Sequence record: NC_048674.1 | Strand: one strand, 5' to 3' | Length of the DNA: 64,000 bases | In this document: piece after piece, positions 58,523 through 64,000 of the stretch | Layout of the letters: the number at the start of each line of letters is the position of its first letter | Position numbering within the stretch: the first letter of the stretch is position 1 | The notes under the pieces: generated by a model | The model's database searches: none | What the model was told of the DNA's origin: nothing | Seen by the model: only the letters and a program-made list of their open reading frames with translations | Translations under genes and position numbers: made by a program

Positions 58523-58643
58523 ATAGATCTCGAACGTAGTGAGACGGCGTAGCCGCCTGTTCGCTTCGCTCACTCTTTCTAATTATAGATCTTCTATATA
58601 AATACTTATAGAGATTTTATACTTTGATTACAAGTGAAACTAT
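58523..58643. repeat. Dispersed repeat, copy 2 (inverted relative to 16313-16435)
   Basis: See copy 1. Confidence 0.92.
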
Positions 58644-58737
58644 TTTATTTTGTATATAAAAGATACAAAAAAGGTGATCTCTCGACCACCTAAGTATAAA
58701 AGTTAAAAACATTCGTAATGTCTGATACAATACGAAA

Positions 58738-58959
58738 TCAAAAAACGTAAAATTTATCTCCATCTAGCTTAACGAATAAATCTTCTTGTACATCATGTAC
58801 AACCACAATATTCCCCTTCCCCAAATATTCCTTTATCTTCACGATCATTAAATGGTCATCTTCTTCAAGTCTTTTCCATCTCTCAATCAAATTATAAGAT
58901 CCGAAATATCCAGTAAGAACAAAAATATTTTCATTAACTTCGATGAAATTGTATTCCAT
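58738..58959 (-). CDS. Hypothetical protein
   Basis: 73-aa ORF; CTAAATA at 58998-59004. Confidence 0.65.
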   Translation of the reverse strand: MEYNFIEVNENIFVLTGYFGSYNLIERWKRLEEDDHLMIVKIKEYLGKGNIVVVHDVQEDLFVKLDGDKFYVF

Positions 58960-59040
58960 TAAACACCCTTCTTATATTGACCAAAATGGTCAATTGGTAT
59001 TTAGGGATACAAAAAAGCCACCCCATAGGATGGCTAGATA

Positions 59041-59838
59041 TTAATAAATGGTATGGAACCGAGAATTACGACTCTCGCGCAATGTCACACTACCATTAAT
59101 CTGGATGTAATAAAGAACTGTTTTCAGAAGTGCTTTATCCGGTTCGCGTTCATGAGTATCAATAATACTCTTCCAAGACGGTCCTTTATCAAGGATCCAA
59201 TCAAGAATCCAATACGGGCAATTGAGGTATTGGTTACCAACAGCACCAATCAGATTTACTTTCGGCTTGAAACCATAAGTCAAATCCGGTTCTTGGGTAT
59301 CTTTAGTAGTTTCCAAATTCATTTTTTCTTTAACGAACTTCTTTTCATCTTCAATTAATTCGTCGAGAGTTTTAAACCCAGAAGCATCAATATATTCTGG
59401 TTGTTTCGGTGGAGTGAATTCAATTTTAACATCGTTAGGAGTATTGATATTAACCACCCCATCATCAATTTTGATTGATTCAACCACACCAAGTTCAATA
59501 ACCTCTTCTACATTGTCGAATTCATCATCGACTACAACTGGTTCGACAAAAGGGGTTTTTTCTTTCGGTTCCGGTGCAAGGTCCAGTTTTTCATTCTCTT
59601 TGGCGTCCGCCATTTCAAGGAGTTTAACGATCATATCGTCAACCGAAGTATTAGACTTGCTAATTTTAAAACCACATTCCTTAGCATATGCTTGAATTTT
59701 CGCTTTCGCTTCTGGTGCGGTATTAGCATCAACAATTTCGTTGATTACCCCAAGGTCAAGCTCTTTTTGTTTTTTCGCAGTAGACTTTTTTGGTTTAGTT
59801 TCTTTTTCTACTGGTTCTTCTACATAATTCAATGCCAT
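59041..59838 (-). CDS. inh: Inhibitor of prohead protease
   Basis: C-terminal PYWILDWI...YYIQINGSVTLRESRNSRF; late promoter 59865-59871. Confidence 0.9.
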   Translation of the reverse strand: MALNYVEEPVEKETKPKKSTAKKQKELDLGVINEIVDANTAPEAKAKIQAYAKECGFKISKSNTSVDDMIVKLLEMADAKENEKLDLAPEPKEKTPFVEPVVVDDEFDNVEEVIELGVVESIKIDDGVVNINTPNDVKIEFTPPKQPEYIDASGFKTLDELIEDEKKFVKEKMNLETTKDTQEPDLTYGFKPKVNLIGAVGNQYLNCPYWILDWILDKGPSWKSIIDTHEREPDKALLKTVLYYIQINGSVTLRESRNSRFHTIY

Positions 59839-59850
59839 TTCGCATTCCTC

Positions 59851-60117
59851 TTAGTTTGTTAATGTATTTAGGGATTTGAGATATTTTACTGCCATCCCAA
59901 TCTCGTTATACCCAAAGATCATACCATATTTGGTCTTTTTATAGCCATGGTCTTTTCGGATCTGAGTTCCTTTGAACTTAGAATGACCTCCGTGGTCTGA
60001 AACCCTCACCATATGCCCCTGTACGTCGATATAAGAGCTTGTGGATGAAGATACCAACCTACACTNGATCCCGNTATTGAATAGCTCTATCATCAATTCA
60101 CGAGCTTTNNGGTTCAT
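59851..60117 (-). CDS. Hypothetical protein
   Basis: 88-aa ORF with VRVSDH motif; contains Ns. Confidence 0.65.
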   Translation of the reverse strand: MNXKARELMIELFNXGIXCRLVSSSTSSYIDVQGHMVRVSDHGGHSKFKGTQIRKDHGYKKTKYGMIFGYNEIGMAVKYLKSLNTLTN

Positions 60118-60836
60118 TAATANAATTCTCCGGAATCACACATNATTTTAACAAGACCNANATCNCCTTTTACGGAATCNACCATATNTTTNATCATNAT
60201 NTTNGCNGCAACANTTTTAAAGCTCAATTCNTTCTGNATATAGATATCAAATTGACCATATTTNTTGGCNTCNTTNATGAAATATTTTGTACCGTGTGCT
60301 TCNCCNACAACCATCCCACAANCTTTTAACCAACTAGGATAACCCTTACCCACTTCTTTTGCGGAAAAGAATCCATCCTTATTAGTCATTCCACCAGTAC
60401 GTTGTACTTCATCGACATAATATTTAATGTCTTTCACTACGTTTTTATTTTCAACAACAGACACTTTCTTGATTTTTGGTTGTTCGGAACGAGTGAACAC
60501 ACTTTCATCATCTTGTTCGATGATTGGTTTAAGCATGGATTCAAGTTCTTGGATCCGAGTTTCATGAAGTTGGTCGAGTTCTTCGATTGAAGATGCTTTA
60601 TTACGACGTTTGACCCAATCTCGCTGACCTTCTATGATCGCTGGGTTAATTTTTCGAACTTCTTTATAAACAGAATTCAGTTTCTCATCTGATTCACTCA
60701 GCCGTTCGTCTGCACAAATAGTTCGTTCTATTTTACTCGATGCTTTCTCACAGTCAAAAGATGCCGCATTAACCTGTACCGCACTAATAGCACACATAGC
60801 ACCTAAGATAGCAAAACTAACAAACCGCTTTTTCAT
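60117..60836 (-). CDS. Secreted LprI-like lysozyme inhibitor domain protein
   Basis: Signal peptide then ASFDCEKASSKIERTICAD.RLS..D..L..VY...QRDWVKRR; C-terminus N-rich. Confidence 0.8.
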   Translation of the reverse strand: MKKRFVSFAILGAMCAISAVQVNAASFDCEKASSKIERTICADERLSESDEKLNSVYKEVRKINPAIIEGQRDWVKRRNKASSIEELDQLHETRIQELESMLKPIIEQDDESVFTRSEQPKIKKVSVVENKNVVKDIKYYVDEVQRTGGMTNKDGFFSAKEVGKGYPSWLKXCGMVXXEAHGTKYFXXXAXKYGQFDIYXQXELSFKXVXXXXMXKXMXDSVKXDXGLVKXMCDSGEXY

Positions 60837-60857
60837 TTTTCATTCCTCAATTTAAAG

Positions 60858-61493
60858 TTATTTGGTTTCTTTTTTTGCTGCTTCTTCCATAGCAGCAATG
60901 ATTACATTCAGGGGGGTCAGGTGTCCACAAACGTAGTAGAAGGCGCGAACAAACACAGTACCTTTGTGTCCACGAACAAGGTGAACGTTAGCGGTTACCA
61001 TCATCCGACCAAACATCTCATCCAAACGAAGACACCGGTTGAACTGTTCACCCCGAAGTTCCATGATCTCCATGATGTTTTTCTTTATAACGGCTTCTTT
61101 CTCGCTAACTTTCGGTTCTGGTTGGTTGATTGGAGCGTTTTTAACTGTTTCAATCATAGCAACAACCTGTTCACCCATAGAAACCAATTCTTCACACAGA
61201 GCTTTATCCATCCAAGGCATTGCTTTTTCTGCTTTTACCAGATATTTGGCGAAAGTCGCGGTGTTTGGTTGTGCATAATAAAGGTCTACCGCTGCTTCGT
61301 GTTCCGGAAGATTCATATTACGCTGTTCGATGTTGATGGAGTCCAGATAGAAAGAAGAGAATTCGGCCCGCACCAGTTCCATCATTTTTGCGCATTCGTT
61401 TAGGGCGCGTTTCTGACCGGCCTTAGAAACAAAACCGGCTTCAACCATACCAACTACGTTTTCCATAATTTCATTGAATTTTTCGTTGTTCAT
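60858..61493 (-). CDS. Hypothetical early protein
   Basis: 211 aa, AAGGA RBS, sigma70-like promoter upstream. Confidence 0.8.
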   Translation of the reverse strand: MNNEKFNEIMENVVGMVEAGFVSKAGQKRALNECAKMMELVRAEFSSFYLDSINIEQRNMNLPEHEAAVDLYYAQPNTATFAKYLVKAEKAMPWMDKALCEELVSMGEQVVAMIETVKNAPINQPEPKVSEKEAVIKKNIMEIMELRGEQFNRCLRLDEMFGRMMVTANVHLVRGHKGTVFVRAFYYVCGHLTPLNVIIAAMEEAAKKETK

Positions 61494-61523
61494 GGTTCGT
61501 TCCTTTTTGTCTCTTGTTTCGAT

Positions 61524-61570
61524 ATGGATAAGATATCAAAAAGGCTCACCCATTGGCAAGCCTTTTTTTC
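61524..61570 (-). promoter_or_regulatory. Early promoter overlapping a hairpin terminator
   Basis: A-tract UP element, TTGCCA-18-TATCTT; hairpin aaaaaggct...agccttttt. Confidence 0.5.
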
Positions 61571-61578
61571 ATTTATTT

Positions 61579-62580
61579 TTAGAAATTTCCATCAAGGATA
61601 TTCATCCAGTGTTCCCGAACAAGTTCCCCTGCTAGGTTGTTCACTGCTTTACCTACATCAGAAGGACGTTCTGCATCTCGTAGATTTTTGCTGGTATCCT
61701 TCGTGAAATCTTCAATTGCGTCTTTCGAGAGGTTACCAGAAACCTTACCAAACTCTTTGGTGGTAGGGATCCCAATCTTACTGAGGACATTTTTAAGACG
61801 ATTCACGTTGATATATTCAGCAATCTCATGAACCATAGCAAGATCTGATTCACCCAGAGGCTCTTTTACCTTTACCGGTTTGTCAGATTTCCCTTTCTCT
61901 GTAAACTTGGAGTTTTTAGATTTGAAAATAGTCCGACCTTGACGGGTATAATGTGGGTCTACTGTCTTCGCAACAAACCCCTCCGCAATGTTATCAGTTC
62001 CTTCAACAAGATCGAATTTTCCTGCTTTGTTGCTTGGGATAACAACTGATTGGAAGTCGTTCGGGAGTTTTGTTACACCATCGAAATCCCCACGGTAGAT
62101 AACAGGGGCATGTTTGAAGATCCCATCGATTGCATCCATAACGAAATCGTGGGAGAGGTACATTCCAGTTTCACCAGAGAAAATGAAGATATCAAACACA
62201 TAAAAGTCTTGATCTCCATACTCTACTTCTTTTTGAATCATTTTTCCAGTAGTAAGATTACCGGCATATTCCCCGAAGATTGTAACTTGATCAACTTCTG
62301 GGTGTTTTTGTTTAACAAAGTTGTATACTTTTCGGGCATTATCATGATATTTCTTTACAATCAGGTCTGCTTCATAAAACTGGTCAAAATCACCAAGAAG
62401 ATCAGTTCGACGACCAGCCTGTACATGTTCATCATTTACAGCAAGTTGAAAATTAGTACCATGAATCTTTTCCATTGCAACCCATTCAACACCCTTTGCA
62501 GTATATCCGGAAGTTGCAAAAGAGTCGATGACGTTTTGACGATAGTGGTTCTCAAGAGAGTTATATTTTACAAAAATCAT
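61579..62580 (-). CDS. rnlB: RNA ligase 2
   Basis: KYNSLENHY, EKIHGTNF, FGEYAG, AEGFV, KSKN..F.EK. Confidence 0.96.
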   Translation of the reverse strand: MIFVKYNSLENHYRQNVIDSFATSGYTAKGVEWVAMEKIHGTNFQLAVNDEHVQAGRRTDLLGDFDQFYEADLIVKKYHDNARKVYNFVKQKHPEVDQVTIFGEYAGNLTTGKMIQKEVEYGDQDFYVFDIFIFSGETGMYLSHDFVMDAIDGIFKHAPVIYRGDFDGVTKLPNDFQSVVIPSNKAGKFDLVEGTDNIAEGFVAKTVDPHYTRQGRTIFKSKNSKFTEKGKSDKPVKVKEPLGESDLAMVHEIAEYINVNRLKNVLSKIGIPTTKEFGKVSGNLSKDAIEDFTKDTSKNLRDAERPSDVGKAVNNLAGELVREHWMNILDGNF

Positions 62581-62595
62581 ATTATTTCCTTTTAT

Positions 62596-62919
62596 TTAGT
62601 CGTAAAAACCGGGTTTTTTGCTTTCAGCAATAGATTTGCGAATTTGTGGCTCTTTGTCATAGCAGGTTTTGCAATATTTCCCAGCAAACACATTACCAAC
62701 AAGTTGGTCTTCGTCTTGTGCAGTACCACAACAAGTACATACAAAATATCGAACACCTACATTTACCAAACCACACTGTTCGTTAAGGAACTCAAGTGGT
62801 TTGTTTCGTGGGAGTGCTTCTGCATCTCGACCACCAACCCCTTTTCGCCAATAAGACCCTGTGCAGTACTTCGAAAAATAAATGTTTGGGTATTTTACTT
62901 GCAATTCTTCGTTACACAT
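62596..62919 (-). CDS. Hypothetical Cys-rich (zinc-finger-like) protein
   Basis: CTCCG...CKTC. Confidence 0.7.
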   Translation of the reverse strand: MCNEELQVKYPNIYFSKYCTGSYWRKGVGGRDAEALPRNKPLEFLNEQCGLVNVGVRYFVCTCCGTAQDEDQLVGNVFAGKYCKTCYDKEPQIRKSIAESKKPGFYD

Positions 62920-63230
62920 TTTTGTTTCCTTTCTTTATAAAGGTTGTTAATAAAGTTAACAATTACCGGGTGAGGGACACAAATTTCTTTCTCGGTATAA
63001 CTTACCCTAGCTTTGTGTTTTCCACCATAAAATTTACCAAACACATTTTTGGCGATCATACCTTTTTGGTGGTGTTGGTTCCTCATTACTGAATCTTGAT
63101 CTGCGTTAGATCGCATCAGTTTTGATGGGGTTTTCTCTTTCCAAGAAAATATACCAGTTCCTAAAAACTTGTCAAGACCATATGCCAGACCAAGACAAAC
63201 AACACCAACAGACAAACTTTCTACCAACAT
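62895..63230 (-). CDS. Hypothetical protein with N-terminal hydrophobic helix
   Basis: 111-aa ORF, GAGG RBS. Confidence 0.65.
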   Translation of the reverse strand: MLVESLSVGVVCLGLAYGLDKFLGTGIFSWKEKTPSKLMRSNADQDSVMRNQHHQKGMIAKNVFGKFYGGKHKARVSYTEKEICVPHPVIVNFINNLYKERKQKCVTKNCK

Positions 63231-63242
63231 AATTAATTCCTC

Positions 63243-63725
63243 TTAAAGGTCAGCGATATCAACAGCAACACCACCAGCAGCGATGAACGGGATGCGGCTC
63301 TTGGCACGGTCATCAACCAGACAAACGTTAGGACGAGCAAACGCGGCTTTGTCTTCACTACACAGGGTATAATGGAAGTTTTCTAACAGTACCGCAGCGA
63401 CGTCAGCAGGATATACATAAGAGACCCAAGCTTTCTTCTGGCGAACTACGTTCTCTGGGTTTTGACGACCGACGCTGGTTAAGATACTTACCTTGCGACC
63501 ACTACGAACCATCTCAATAACCAGAGAAACCCCTTTTTCCATCACCGGAAGATGACGATAGAAATTACCATTTGCCAGTTCTTCTTTGATAAGATTCTTA
63601 TCTTCTTTGTTCAGACTGTCAAACTGTTCTGCCGCACCCTCACCAAAACGAGCATCGAATGCACGACACCAGTCAGCCATCACCCCATCCATATCAAAAA
63701 ACAACTCGTAAGGATCATTCAGCAT
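63243..63725 (-). CDS. HAD 5'(3')-deoxyribonucleotidase-like protein
   Basis: FFDMDGVMADW, ILTS, KKAW, LVDDR; likely start MLNDPY at 63725. Confidence 0.9.
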   Translation of the reverse strand: MLNDPYELFFDMDGVMADWCRAFDARFGEGAAEQFDSLNKEDKNLIKEELANGNFYRHLPVMEKGVSLVIEMVRSGRKVSILTSVGRQNPENVVRQKKAWVSYVYPADVAAVLLENFHYTLCSEDKAAFARPNVCLVDDRAKSRIPFIAAGGVAVDIADL

Positions 63726-63846
63726 TGTAATTCCTCTTTTGTGTCTCAACGAGATAGATAATACTACACACAAGTTTCATGAGTCAACCCCTTTTTAAAA
63801 GAAAAAAGGCCATGAGCAAATTGCATCATGACCCACGTTAGACAAC

Positions 63847-64000
63847 TTAACCGTCCTCGCGTTTTGTTTGAGTTTTCTTCTCAACTCTGGCGTTTTCCAT
63901 CTCACTGATCCGCTTCTCAAGTCTCTCCAATTCAACTCGGTTCCCCCTATTAACCTCATCGATAAGATCCTTACTATAAAGCATTGCCCGCAGTTGAGCA
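63847..64000 (-). CDS. Partial hypothetical coiled-coil protein (3' end only)
   Basis: Open frame from the window end: AQLRAMLYSKDL...TKREDG-stop. Confidence 0.55.
   Translation of the reverse strand, partial: AQLRAMLYSKDLIDEVNRGNRVELERLEKRISEMENARVEKKTQTKREDG

Noticed and set aside
59011-59036. Repeated aaaaagccacccc(g/a)taggatggct with the copy at 16443
   Set aside because: Explained as a reused intrinsic terminator; too short to imply a separate system

Overview
A 64-kb AT-rich segment of a large T4-like myovirus (Straboviridae-like). The CTAAATA late-promoter consensus and diverged T4 orthologues suggest an Aeromonas Aeh1/65-type phage, which is an inference. Left arm (1-12 kb, mostly minus strand): endolysin C-terminus, thymidine kinase, ParB-like protein, Hoc, a P-loop kinase with a capsid-targeting-like N-terminus, a ferritin-like protein, ten tRNA genes with several highly structured non-coding spacers, and a J-domain protein. 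Centre (12-57.5 kb): near-complete morphogenesis module (57A, 1, 3, 29, 26, 54, 2, 4, 48, 53, 27, 5, 5.1, 5.4, 25, 6-12, wac, 13-24), with the hub genes clustered next to gene 5 rather than separate as in T4. Right arm: RyR-domain and SLOG proteins, Inh, a secreted LprI-like lysozyme inhibitor, RNA ligase 2 and a HAD nucleotidase. Strongest leads: (1) a ~470-nt multi-helix, pseudoknotted candidate ncRNA at the 3' end of the tRNA operon; (2) a lambda G/GT-style -1 frameshift (T TTT TTC) joining gp26 to a start-less 56-codon frame just before the tape-measure gene; (3) a ~122-bp hairpin plus AT-rich element present twice, inverted, 42 kb apart. No CRISPR array, rRNA, intron or homing endonuclease was recognised. 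N-rich patches at about 4.0, 38.4 and 60.1-60.3 kb limit local certainty. All family assignments are from motif recognition, not database searches.
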